Source of the DNA: Candidatus Bathyarchaeota archaeon
GTDB lineage: Archaea > Thermoproteota > Bathyarchaeia > 40CM-2-53-6 > RBG-13-38-9
NCBI GenBank assembly: GCA_963807605.1
Contig: CAWECG010000003.1
Location: forward strand, 768,001 to 832,000
Direction: 5' to 3'
DNA length: 64,000 nucleotides
The stretch's first letter is position 1. Each line of letters opens with the position of its first letter. This document shows positions 1 through 9,544 of this stretch, in pieces. The notes beneath the pieces were generated by a model. That model was given only the letters and a program-made list of their open reading frames with translations, ran no database searches and was not told the DNA's origin. The position numbers and the translations under genes are program-made.

Positions 1-89
1 TCGTACGCCCACAAGCCAGCAATTCTATGAGTTTCCCTTTCGTGCGTAAGACAATATATGATGGGACTATTCACTAATGCAGCATATTC

Positions 90-1168
90 TGCTGTGTTGC
101 ATGACTAGACATTTTTGTTTATGGATGTAGGTTTGAGTTTTCGGTTTATTGACGTGGAAGTGGTTGGATGATCTATATTGCCTGTGAGAGAACTATTCCA
201 CGATTGTGATTGGCTGCTAGAGATTGGAGACGCATCAATGAGGGTCTCGTGAAGCGTGGGGAGATCCTGCTTGACCCACGCATCCTTGACAGGTGGAACA
301 TTGAGCTTGAAAAGATGAATACTGGGAAGGAAGGTGGACAATACGTCTACCCTGAGATCTTCATCAGGCTTCTAGGCTACATGCACCTGCTATTCCACCT
401 ACCCTACAGGCAGACAGAAGGATTCCTCAAAGCCCTGAGAAGATTCGACTCAAGGATCCATGTGCCTGACTATTCAACCATAGATAGACGCGTGAACAGG
501 TTAGATGTGAAGCTGGATGAGAAAGATTATGGCGACGACATAGTCCTGGCGGTGGACGCATCAGGCATCAAGGTGGCTAACCGCGGCGAATGGATACGCC
601 ATAAATGGAAGGTGAGACGCGGATACCTCAAGATCCATATCGCCGTTGATGTAAAGCGGAAGAAGATACTCGCCTTGAAGGTGACGGATGAGAAGACAGG
701 TGACGGAGGGATGCTCCAGCCGCTTGTTGATGAAGCCTCCAAGAAAGGTAAGGTCGCCAAGGCAATTGGCGACGGAGCATACGATATGAAAAGCAACTTC
801 CGCTATCTCAACGCAAAAGGGATTGAGCCAGCCATCAAGGTGCGCAAGAACACATCCAGCAGGGCCGGAGGATGCATGCCCAGAAAGCTCGTAGCCCAAG
901 AATACCTCAAAGACCCTGAAGCCTGGAAACACAATCATGGCTACGGGTATAGATGGATGGCTGAATCAGCCTTCTCATCGCTGAAGCGAACCTTCGGAGA
1001 ATACGTCTCAGCCAAAACGATGCAAAACATGGCACAGGAGATGATGATCAAAGCCTCACTATACAACATGCTGATAGAAACAACCACAGCAACACACGGC
1101 TAGACGAAACCTGAAGACAGCCAACAAAAGCGAAAAACATCACTGAAACCTAGTCGCGCAACACAGCA
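90..1168 (+). mobile_element. IS5-family (IS903-like) insertion sequence, apparently intact
   Basis: 19-bp imperfect TIRs TGCTGTGTTGCATGACTAG (90-108) and CTAGTCGCGCAACACAGCA (1150-1168), 17/19 match; target duplication GCATATTC at 82-89 and 1169-1176 (9 bp if one TIR base is assigned to the target). Confidence 0.9.
210..1103 (+). CDS. IS5-family DDE transposase
   Basis: RGEI N-terminal motif, PDYSTI, VDASGIK, YLKIH, GDGAYD and YGYRWMAESAFSSLKR motifs; lies between TIRs. Confidence 0.92.
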   Translation: MAARDWRRINEGLVKRGEILLDPRILDRWNIELEKMNTGKEGGQYVYPEIFIRLLGYMHLLFHLPYRQTEGFLKALRRFDSRIHVPDYSTIDRRVNRLDVKLDEKDYGDDIVLAVDASGIKVANRGEWIRHKWKVRRGYLKIHIAVDVKRKKILALKVTDEKTGDGGMLQPLVDEASKKGKVAKAIGDGAYDMKSNFRYLNAKGIEPAIKVRKNTSSRAGGCMPRKLVAQEYLKDPEAWKHNHGYGYRWMAESAFSSLKRTFGEYVSAKTMQNMAQEMMIKASLYNMLIETTTATHG

Positions 1169-1376
1169 GCATATTCCCTTAATTTATAAGGATCATAATA
1201 AGTGCTCATTTTTGAGCCACCTGCACTTCCTACTACTGGTGTACGGAATAAGGAGCGGAAGTTTTAACGTTCCGATTACTTCATTAAGAAAACCTACGAG
1301 TCTGCACGAATGATTATCGCCAGTAAGCCCTGATGGGGTGGATTTCGTGCACACACCTACCATTTGCTTACATGGT

Positions 1377-2351
1377 CTATAGGCCAAGTTGTGGAATAAA
1401 GGCAAGATAGGCGCGCCGAAGCTCTTCACGGTCTATTCGATCGTAGATGTCTATAGCGTCTCGGCGTCGGTCTCCCCTCAACGCCTTAATAAATTCTCTG
1501 TCCATCCCTGCCCGTCGAAGATGAGTGGTAAACCAATGCCTGAAACAGTGAGGAGACAGATGCTCTTCTGGACGTGAAGACTTTGGATCGTGAAGACCTA
1601 CCCGTTGCGCATACTTGGCAACCATCGAATATACCCCATTTCTGTTGAGTCTGAAGCCGTGTTCGCCAATGAAGAGTGCGTGAGTTGTGGGATTGATTTT
1701 TTCGCGCAGAGTTAGCCAGCGTTTCAGCAGCCGGGCTGTTTCATCGTCAAAGAATACGATTCTTCCGCTACGTTTCTTGAATTGTTTCCTCTTAATTGTA
1801 ATGGACTGTGTCGCCCAGTCAATGTCATCTATATCCGTAGCGATCAGTTCTCCCCGCCGCATACCCGTCTTAGCCAAAAGCGCTAGAATGGCCTTGTCAC
1901 GGGTGTCGATGACAGAGTTGATGAGGAGACTCATCTGTTCAACTGTTAGAAGCTTACGGGGTGACTCAACATCCCCGTCGTTCTCTTTCTTGTAGCGTCG
2001 CAGGTATCGTTTCCTCACGCCTGGCACTGGATTCCTCTCCATGTAGTCTTCGAAGACTAGGTATTCGTATAGTCCCGCTATGCCTGATAGGTCGTTTTCT
2101 AAGGTTCTCTGGTCTACACCCTGAGAGTACCTATGGCGAATATAATCGTGTAATACATGCTTGTCAACATTCACCATTGAGGTCCCCAGCCGGTTTAGAT
2201 AGGCTAGGTATTGGTTGATACTGGATCTGTAGCGACGGATTGTTTCTGCTGTCAACTGTCGGTCTTTGCAGTCTTCGACGAATAATTCTAGGAGGCGCTG
2301 AGGGGTGGGCTGAGTTAGAGCTTGCTGATGGGTTAACCTTTCCATTTCCAT
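1377..2351 (-). CDS. tyrosine recombinase/integrase (XerC/D-like)
   Basis: N-terminal SAM-like domain, TGMRRGEL (catalytic R), HCFRH (HxxR), C-terminal Tyr in IDIYD; next to tRNA 3' end. Confidence 0.92.
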   Translation of the reverse strand: MEMERLTHQQALTQPTPQRLLELFVEDCKDRQLTAETIRRYRSSINQYLAYLNRLGTSMVNVDKHVLHDYIRHRYSQGVDQRTLENDLSGIAGLYEYLVFEDYMERNPVPGVRKRYLRRYKKENDGDVESPRKLLTVEQMSLLINSVIDTRDKAILALLAKTGMRRGELIATDIDDIDWATQSITIKRKQFKKRSGRIVFFDDETARLLKRWLTLREKINPTTHALFIGEHGFRLNRNGVYSMVAKYAQRVGLHDPKSSRPEEHLSPHCFRHWFTTHLRRAGMDREFIKALRGDRRRDAIDIYDRIDREELRRAYLAFIPQLGL

Positions 2352-2857
2352 CCCCTTCTCGTCTTTTCAACAACTCCGTAGGCCTCCAGGTTCTCCAACT
2401 GTTTGGCGACAGCCTTGACGAGAGGTGTCTCACGAGGGTCAATCTTCAGAAGCCGCAACAGATGATCAGAATCAACTCTATTGCCCTTCTTCAGCAGTTC
2501 AATGAGTCGTCTGTCGTATCCTCGGACACCTTTGAAGTCTTCCTCTAGAAACGGTTCGGCTCTGTATCGGCGCAGCTCATTCTCGACCCGTTCTAGAGCA
2601 AGTTTAAGGATTTCATTATCTCTGGTCAGTTTCTCGATATTCTCGTCCTTTTCTCTTAGTTGCTGTATGAGTGCTGCCCGTGGCTTGTAGTCTTCCTCAC
2701 CTTCCTCCTGTCGTAGGGAGTTAGCTACATGCTCAGTTACGAAGTGTGAGATCGAGACGTTGCCCTTCTTGGCTCTGGTCTTCCAGTCCTCCACCATTTG
2801 CACAGAAGGCAGATAGACGTAGATTGACCTCTGCTTGATGGACTGCGTTTTGCCCAT
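2333..2857 (-). CDS. integrase-associated protein (possible DNA-binding N-terminus, coiled coil, C-terminal winged helix)
   Basis: ATG ORF overlapping the integrase start; heptad-like central region; LEAYGVVEKTRRGWKW wing-like end. Confidence 0.7.
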   Translation of the reverse strand: MGKTQSIKQRSIYVYLPSVQMVEDWKTRAKKGNVSISHFVTEHVANSLRQEEGEEDYKPRAALIQQLREKDENIEKLTRDNEILKLALERVENELRRYRAEPFLEEDFKGVRGYDRRLIELLKKGNRVDSDHLLRLLKIDPRETPLVKAVAKQLENLEAYGVVEKTRRGWKWKG

Positions 2858-2908
2858 TCAAAACCAAGAAATGATCTACGCGATTTGTATTTAAATATAC
2901 CAGTAAAT

Positions 2909-3065
2909 TGGTGCGGGGAGTGGGATTCGAACCCACGAACCCCTACGGGACAGGAGTTCTGCTGCGCAGGTAGGACCTCAAAGATGGCCGGATGCGCATC
3001 CTCAGTCCTGCGCTTCCAAACGCCGGTTTCGCCAGCGTACTTTGACCTGGCTTGGCAACCCCCGC
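2909..3065 (-). tRNA. tRNA-Leu(GAG) with two introns and encoded CCA
   Basis: Removing 3014-3039 (26 nt, D-arm) and 2957-2999 (43 nt, 37/38) gives an 88-nt class II cloverleaf GCGGGGGTTGCCAAGCCAGGTCAAAGGCGCAGGACTGAGGCTCCTGT...TCCCCGCACCA; anticodon at 3001-3003. Confidence 0.92.
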
Positions 3066-3303
3066 TTTCCAGATCACATCTAGAGGAGTATTTTATAGTG
3101 TTTTTCGTTTTTGCCATGTGTTTGTTGCGGGTTCAGGATCTGACTATATAATGAGTGCGTAGTCGCTTCTTCTCTTAATCACGTGCGCGTAATCGATGCT
3201 GGGTGAATGTGCTATAAAATTAATAGAAGCGATCAGCAAGGAGAAAGTTATACTTAATCCCGTTAAGTAAGAATAGAAGACTAAGAAGAAAAGGGGCTGA
3301 AAG

Positions 3304-3828
3304 ATGTCGTACACCCCAAGGGATATTGGTGAACTCTATACAATTGACGACATTGGCCGCATAGAGATCTATAGATGTCCCTTCTGCTATCATAGTGCGC
3401 CTGCACACCTTCCACTCTCGAAAATCAGCGGTCAGATAACGTGGGAAGCCAGTTTTACTTGTACCAAGTGTGGCAAGATTATGGTGAGATACCGTTTGTT
3501 TGATCAAGATACAATGCTTCTCACCTTTGGTTTGCCAGGAAGTAAATTCCTAGCAAGAGAGAAAGAAGTCGCTCCCTTAATGGACGATATTTCAATCGAA
3601 GCATCGAAAGCTGTTACTCATGGCGTCCTTGGTGGCTATACGAAAGACACAATCCAAGAAGAATTTACTCGAAGGGGTATAATGAAGTCAAAGAAAAATG
3701 ACCAAGTCTTTGAAGAAGTCCTCAAGAAAGTCCTTGATGACTACGAAATGAAGTTCTGTCCTTACTGCGATAGATACGTGAAAAAGAGCGACTCCTTCTG
3801 CAGCTATTGCGGAAGGGCACTTGTTTAA
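3304..3828 (+). CDS. hypothetical multi-zinc-ribbon protein
   Basis: CPFC/CTKC pair and C-terminal CPYC/CSYC ribbon. Confidence 0.7.
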   Translation: MSYTPRDIGELYTIDDIGRIEIYRCPFCYHSAPAHLPLSKISGQITWEASFTCTKCGKIMVRYRLFDQDTMLLTFGLPGSKFLAREKEVAPLMDDISIEASKAVTHGVLGGYTKDTIQEEFTRRGIMKSKKNDQVFEEVLKKVLDDYEMKFCPYCDRYVKKSDSFCSYCGRALV

Positions 3829-3943
3829 AGATGGAGCCTACGGCTAACCCAGATACCTTCTGTTTTCGTCCTTCTCTTGGCGACTACAGCTGTGAATACG
3901 ACTACGATTAGTCCGTCTAATTCTTAGACGCGGGCGAATATTC

Positions 3944-4699
3944 TTATAACGCTTTATGGGAAGCGGGAGCCTTCTGGACAAGCGATGGGAAGGCTCTGTA
4001 GCAAGCCCCCAGAATAGGTGGCACGAATACCAAGAGAAAAGGCATCTGATTTGTGAAAGTCCAAGCGAATAGGTACAGCGCAACTGTAAATCGCAACTGA
4101 TTGCCGAGATTAAGGGGAAGGATGAAGAACTGGCTCAGCAACCATATCCCCAAGCCAACTATTGCGCTTCCACATGCATTACCAATTATCGAGGCAACTG
4201 CGAAGGATCGCCATTCGGACCCTAACTTCACTAAAGCAACGCTTAGAGCTACGCTTACTACTGCGAACCCTATGAGAATAGCAGCCCACGCAGGGCTGAA
4301 ATCAGATCCCGTAATCCAATTTGTGAAGAATAATACTATGATGATCAAGCAACCTGTCGCTAGGCCTAGGTTCATGACAGCAGTTCTGGGCCTAGCTTGT
4401 GCAAGTCTTCCTATGAGGTAGAACATGACGAAGTTTGCTGGAACACCGACGGTTAAGCTCAAGATTGCGTTTCCATGAATTAACATGTCGCTGATGAAAA
4501 TCCCTATTGCGGCGCCAACTCCTCCAACCATTCCGCCGAAGAGGACTGCAAAGACTGCTGGAACAATTACAGCCACTCCCCAGAAACGCACAACCCCAAC
4601 TATAGGTGCGAATACCCCAAGGAAACTCAAGTAGCCAACTACGACGTAAAGGGCTGCGTTCAGCGACGCCATTGTGATGCGCAGACTTCTCGGAAGCAC
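3944..4699 (-). CDS. ECF transporter S-component-like membrane protein
   Basis: Multiple TM helices; VVRFW..IVPAVFAVLFG..GAAIGIFISD pattern. Confidence 0.7.
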   Translation of the reverse strand: MLPRSLRITMASLNAALYVVVGYLSFLGVFAPIVGVVRFWGVAVIVPAVFAVLFGGMVGGVGAAIGIFISDMLIHGNAILSLTVGVPANFVMFYLIGRLAQARPRTAVMNLGLATGCLIIIVLFFTNWITGSDFSPAWAAILIGFAVVSVALSVALVKLGSEWRSFAVASIIGNACGSAIVGLGIWLLSQFFILPLNLGNQLRFTVALYLFAWTFTNQMPFLLVFVPPILGACYRAFPSLVQKAPASHKAL

Positions 4700-4795
4700 T
4701 CAATGTTCACCTTAAAAGACCGTGGGGCTGCGAAGGCTAAATGATGCTGAAGTAGACTACTTAACTCTTGAGTCCAGGAAAAATCCGCAATCTGA

Positions 4796-5311
4796 CTAGA
4801 GGTAAGGAATGACTGCCTGCGGATACTTTCTCAGGAGAAGCTTCTGCAGCTCCTCACTTATACGATGGTCAATTTCCCGGTGTTTATCGGAAAGCAGACT
4901 CATCGGGTTATGAGTTGCCATGACAGGGCCTTGAAGGACCAGTGGGCTTCTTGCATCGTTCGAGGCGACAGGCTCAGATCTCATAGCCTTCAGGAGAAAA
5001 TCTCTAGGATCTTCTCCATTTTTCATAAGTGAGGAAAGTTCTCCTATCTGTCCTTGAGCGAGCGGCCTTAATCCGAACTCCTTAGTGTCGGCAACCTTCA
5101 AAGCTTCAATCTCACCTGTCACTCTGGCGCCAAGCCCAATAGATTTGTAGGGGTTGATCAACTCCTCCTTCAATATCCAAACCTGGGAACCGTTAGAGAC
5201 CAAGATTTGGCTGAAGTTTCGGTTGTCCCTGCCGACAAATACTCTCCAGCCCTTCGGATTGGAGTCGTACGACTTGGCAATCTCCCTCTTTAGCTTCTCA
5301 GCAGGCTGCAT
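4796..5311 (-). CDS. hypothetical protein
   Basis: 171-aa ATG ORF, no competing long ORF. Confidence 0.7.
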   Translation of the reverse strand: MQPAEKLKREIAKSYDSNPKGWRVFVGRDNRNFSQILVSNGSQVWILKEELINPYKSIGLGARVTGEIEALKVADTKEFGLRPLAQGQIGELSSLMKNGEDPRDFLLKAMRSEPVASNDARSPLVLQGPVMATHNPMSLLSDKHREIDHRISEELQKLLLRKYPQAVIPYL

Positions 5312-5473
5312 CTCGCTCTCTGTCAGATAATTCTCACCTAAGATTTTGACAGGTAATCTCGTAGTAAGGGCGAATATTAACCTTTAACCAGAATAATCGA
5401 AAAGTTTCACCCTAAAAGAAGCTAATAGCCTCTTTCTGATCATTCCTTAGATGAACTAAGGAGCCTGTGTAAT

Positions 5474-6544
5474 GTGCGGATCCTAGCCTTGGACATCGGC
5501 TCGGGAACTGAAGACGTCCTCCTCTACGATGACTCAAGAGAGATCGAGAATTGTGTCAAGATGGTTCTTCCAAGTCCTTCACTGGTCTACTCAAAGAAAG
5601 TCCGCTACCTCACCAAGCTCAAATTAGACCTCTTCATTCGTGGACAGACAATAGGCGGGGGGCGCTTCGTTGAGGCCCTCAAAAAGCACCTGTCTAAGGG
5701 CTTGAGGGTCTTTATGACAGAGCGTGTTGCTTACTCTGTCAGAAACAACCTTGACGAAGTCAGGGCACAAGGTTTCCAGATAGTATCTGGAGAAGATCAG
5801 CCCCATGATTTCAAAGGCGAAATCTTAGAAGTCGAAGAAGTGAACCTGAGTAGACTTCAGACTTTTCTTGACTACTTCGAAGAGGATATTTCAGACGTAG
5901 AGGTCTCAGCCGTAGCTGTTCAGGATCACGGGGCCGCTCAGCCTAGCGTTAGCAATAGAAGATTCAGAATAGATGAAATGAGGAGGAGACTTACAAATCA
6001 TCCTGAACTCGAAAGCTTGGCATATCGCATTGATGAGGTCCCAAACCACTTCATAAGAATGAATTCAGCGATCAAAGCATCAAAATCTCAACTGCCAGAG
6101 GCTGAACCCATTGTAATGGATACATCAATCGCCGCCATTCTTGGATGTCTTGAGGATCCAAAAGTAAAGGATTTCAGGACAGTCCTGACGGCAAACATCG
6201 GCAATGAACATGTAACAGCCTCGATAATCTCAAAGAGAAGAGTTCTCGCCCTTCTTGAACACCACACAAGCCTTCTAACAGCACCGAAACTCGAATCAAC
6301 GATAAGAAACTTCATCAAAGGGAAAGTAAAAGATGAGACTGTATTTGCAGAAGGCGGTCACGGTGCTTTCTATTTGCAGGAGGCTGCGAGACTTCCGAGG
6401 ATAGACATCTTAGTTGTTACAGGTCCCCACAGAGCAAGACTCAAAGAGACTCGGTTAACGACATATTTTGCAGCCCCTGGCGGTGATATGATGATGACTG
6501 GGCCGATGGGTCTGGTCAAGGCTGCCAGCTTCAAATTCAAGTGA
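5474..6544 (+). CDS. DUF1786 family protein (ASKHA-like fold)
   Basis: ILALDIGSGTEDVL, VQDHG, NIGNEH, GGHG, PGGDMMMTG motifs. Confidence 0.85.
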   Translation: MRILALDIGSGTEDVLLYDDSREIENCVKMVLPSPSLVYSKKVRYLTKLKLDLFIRGQTIGGGRFVEALKKHLSKGLRVFMTERVAYSVRNNLDEVRAQGFQIVSGEDQPHDFKGEILEVEEVNLSRLQTFLDYFEEDISDVEVSAVAVQDHGAAQPSVSNRRFRIDEMRRRLTNHPELESLAYRIDEVPNHFIRMNSAIKASKSQLPEAEPIVMDTSIAAILGCLEDPKVKDFRTVLTANIGNEHVTASIISKRRVLALLEHHTSLLTAPKLESTIRNFIKGKVKDETVFAEGGHGAFYLQEAARLPRIDILVVTGPHRARLKETRLTTYFAAPGGDMMMTGPMGLVKAASFKFK

Positions 6545-6670
6545 TCAAATCATAATAGTAACAACCAATCGGGGTCAGAACCCTCAGATTAGTGGAAAAT
6601 TCGATGAGTTTCTGGCGAATTAGGTGTGCTTAATAGAGAGTCATATCAGACTACGTGACAGTTGGGCAAC

Positions 6671-6991
6671 ATGAGCACGCCGATCACTATAACGGATGCA
6701 GATTTTGATACTGCAACAACAAATAACGCTGCTCTGGTCGTTGACTGTTGGGCACCGTGGTGTGGCCCGTGCAGAGCCATAACCCCTGTCGTAGATGAAC
6801 TCTCAAAGGCCTACGCTGGGAGAGTGACATTTGGCAAGGTCAACGTCGACGACAGTCCCAAGATCGCACAAAAATTCGGAATAATGAGCATACCCACTCT
6901 CCTATTCATCAAGAATGGACAGCTTGTAGACCATGTAGTTGGAGTTGTTCCGAGAAAAACTATCGAAGAATATATCCAGAAACTGCTTTAG
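6671..6991 (+). CDS. trxA: thioredoxin
   Basis: WAPWCGPC active site, SIPT cis-Pro motif; ATG at 6671. Confidence 0.95.
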   Translation: MSTPITITDADFDTATTNNAALVVDCWAPWCGPCRAITPVVDELSKAYAGRVTFGKVNVDDSPKIAQKFGIMSIPTLLFIKNGQLVDHVVGVVPRKTIEEYIQKLL

Positions 6992-7088
6992 AACTTTAAT
7001 AGCCTAGCCTTTACCGGCAGGAGATGGTCTGGAGACGAGCAAGGAAGGTATCACTCCTAAACCAAAAGACTTTGAAAAGAACTGCGAA

Positions 7089-7865
7089 TTGCTTCGTTCT
7101 CTCGGTATGTCAGAGGACGAATGCGCGGTCTATCTTGACCTCCTTGAGAAACCGAAAGGAGAGTCCATCGATAACATACTGACTAGTTTCGGGCCAGCTC
7201 CTCAAGAAGCTGAGGTGGCTGTGAGAAGCCTCATCGAGAATGGTTGCATATCGATAAGCAGTAACAGAATTGAAGCGAAACCTCCCAGAGACTTTCTACC
7301 GAATATTCTTCGTAAGAAGACGCTCGATTTTGACCTTGAACTGAAGCAGGCTCAAGAAGCCATTAGGTACCTGGAGCTTTCACTAGAACCTTATTATTGG
7401 GAGAGGCGAACAGGCCTCAGACCTGAGGAAATAATACGCCCCCTGACGGAACTTGACTCCATGGAGGCTCAGACAATTGAGATGATTACCAATTCGAGAA
7501 GTTACATCCACGTCTTTGCAGAGAAGTTTGACTGGTATGAGAACATTCACCATCAACTCAAGGACGCCCTCAACCGAGGGGTCAAAGCCAATATCTTGAT
7601 GTTGGTCAAAGACCAATACACGACCAAGAGATCAAAAGAATTGCGACAGTTGGGCGCGGAAGTCCGCCACTGCACTGAAGAATGGTATCCTGTTAGAGGA
7701 ACCTTGATCGATGATGAAAGGCTCGTCTTTCTAATATGGGCTACGAAAAAGAGTGGTGTTGCACAGCCAATCTACTATAGACCCCACTACACAGAGAATG
7801 CTGGACTGATAAGAATATTTAAAGACGCCTTCCAAAAGCGCTGGGAAGAAGCTAAAGCGATCTAG
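7089..7865 (+). CDS. TrmB-family transcriptional regulator
   Basis: LRSLGMSEDE..VYLDLL N-terminal HTH and C-terminal effector domain; start uncertain. Confidence 0.75.
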   Translation: MLRSLGMSEDECAVYLDLLEKPKGESIDNILTSFGPAPQEAEVAVRSLIENGCISISSNRIEAKPPRDFLPNILRKKTLDFDLELKQAQEAIRYLELSLEPYYWERRTGLRPEEIIRPLTELDSMEAQTIEMITNSRSYIHVFAEKFDWYENIHHQLKDALNRGVKANILMLVKDQYTTKRSKELRQLGAEVRHCTEEWYPVRGTLIDDERLVFLIWATKKSGVAQPIYYRPHYTENAGLIRIFKDAFQKRWEEAKAI

Positions 7866-8323
7866 TCCTTCACCCTCAGCCATCTTTGGGGTTTGATCCC
7901 CAGTTCCTCAAATTTCTCCCAAACCAGCTTTTCAACCTCAGATACTCCAAGACCGCCCACAAATACTAGATGTCCCTCACAAGTGCAGTCGGAGGCGCCG
8001 AATCCTCTATGGGCCACTCTGGCTCAATCGTCACTCAAGATCTTTCTAGCTAGGCTGCATTCTGAGGCACCTCGGGTCTCTGAGAATATAGCGGTAACCG
8101 GTCTTGCATGAGGATTACGTAGGAGGTAATCTATGTGCCAATGTTTCTTATTGCCTCCGTGAAAATGCCTCATAAGTCGTCCCTCAATTGATGACGAGGC
8201 TAATCCAAATCCGGATCCAACGTAGCCGTATGCACCCCTCTCAAGGTTTACCCTGCCTAGGCATCCGATCTTCACCGAGACATCTCTGCTTAAAATGATT
8301 AGCAGAGTGTAGATTCCTCTCAA
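7862..8323 (-). pseudogene. GIY-YIG/DUF123 family endonuclease interrupted by in-frame TGA
   Basis: GIYTL, YVGS, HWHIDYLL before TGA (8024-8026); the frame continues 53 codons with GFGASDCTCEGHL to TAG at 7862-7864. Confidence 0.8.
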
Positions 8324-8434
8324 TAGTGGGGCTCTCCACTATATCCCTGAGAAACCCAGCTCATATAGAAAATAATATCTCAGCTGAAGGTCAATCTTAA
8401 GCCTAAACATCCTTCAACATGCTCTATTGAGGAG

Positions 8435-9541
8435 TTGAGACAAATCAAGGCATTGATCCTTGCAGGGGGCTTCGGAACGCGCCTCAGACCCCTCTCCTGC
8501 GCCCGCCCAAAACTCCTATTCCCGATAGCCGGAAGACCGATGATCGAATGGGTACTTGACGAACTCTTGAAGAACGAAGTGGACACAGCAATTTTGGCGA
8601 CAAACTACTTAGCTGACATGATCAAGGCTCATCTTGGAAAGAAATTTGACGACATAGACCTCCATTACTCTTTGGAAGATAGACCGCTGGGGACTGGCGG
8701 AGCCATAAAGAGGGCAGAAAGGTTCCTAAAGAAGGATGAAGATTTCTTTGTCCTCAACAGTGACATAATCGCCTCACCTCCTCTGAAGGAGATCTTCCAG
8801 CAACACAAGTCGCTGAGAGCAACCGCCACTATTATGCTGCATAAGGTTAACGATCCCACACATTTTGGAGTTGCTCAGCTTGGAAGATCTATGCAAATTA
8901 CGAAGTTCATCGAGAAGCCCCGACTTCGAGACGCGCCTAGCAATTGGATCAATGCCGGCGTCTATATTCTGAACTCTAGTATCTTCAGCCAACTAACTCC
9001 TCGAACCAAGATCAGTATAGAAAAAGAGATCTTTCCAGGATTGGCTTCTTCTGGGAGACTTTACGGTTACAAGTACTTTGGGGAATGGTTCGACATTGGT
9101 AGGTTTGAGGAGTATAGAAGGGCGAATATCGCCGTTCTGTCAAGAGTCTCTACATCCAAGGCAATGATCGGTCCAAACGTTAAAGTTGATGCTAACGCTA
9201 GGCTAATTCCTCCGTTGACGATCGGTCCTCACTCAGTGGTGGGGACCGATGTGACTTTGGGTCCAAATACCTGTGTCGGCGGCAGATCCGTTATAAGCGA
9301 AGGGAGCCAGGTCTCAGACTCAATACTCTTTGACACAGTCTCTCTTGGCAAGAATTCATTCATCAACGGATCGTTGATAGGTGAATCCGCAGTTGTAGGA
9401 GCCAACGTCAGGATCGGAGAAGGATGCGTAGTCGGAGACAACGCATTCATTAATGATAATCTTACGCTAAAGAACAATGTGATAATATGTCCGTATAAAG
9501 AGGTCAGCAGAAGCATAAATCGTCCGGGAATCGTGACCTAG
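8435..9541 (+). CDS. sugar-phosphate nucleotidyltransferase (mannose-1-P guanylyltransferase-like)
   Basis: LAGGFGTRLRPL..PK, LGTGG, FIEKP, WFDIG; hexapeptide-repeat C-terminus. Confidence 0.92.
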   Translation: MRQIKALILAGGFGTRLRPLSCARPKLLFPIAGRPMIEWVLDELLKNEVDTAILATNYLADMIKAHLGKKFDDIDLHYSLEDRPLGTGGAIKRAERFLKKDEDFFVLNSDIIASPPLKEIFQQHKSLRATATIMLHKVNDPTHFGVAQLGRSMQITKFIEKPRLRDAPSNWINAGVYILNSSIFSQLTPRTKISIEKEIFPGLASSGRLYGYKYFGEWFDIGRFEEYRRANIAVLSRVSTSKAMIGPNVKVDANARLIPPLTIGPHSVVGTDVTLGPNTCVGGRSVISEGSQVSDSILFDTVSLGKNSFINGSLIGESAVVGANVRIGEGCVVGDNAFINDNLTLKNNVIICPYKEVSRSINRPGIVT

Positions 9542-9544
9542 AAC

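Noticed and set aside
2733-3151. ORFs overlapping tRNA-Leu, and 16519-16779 overlapping tRNA-Gln
   Set aside because: Shadows of the tRNA genes
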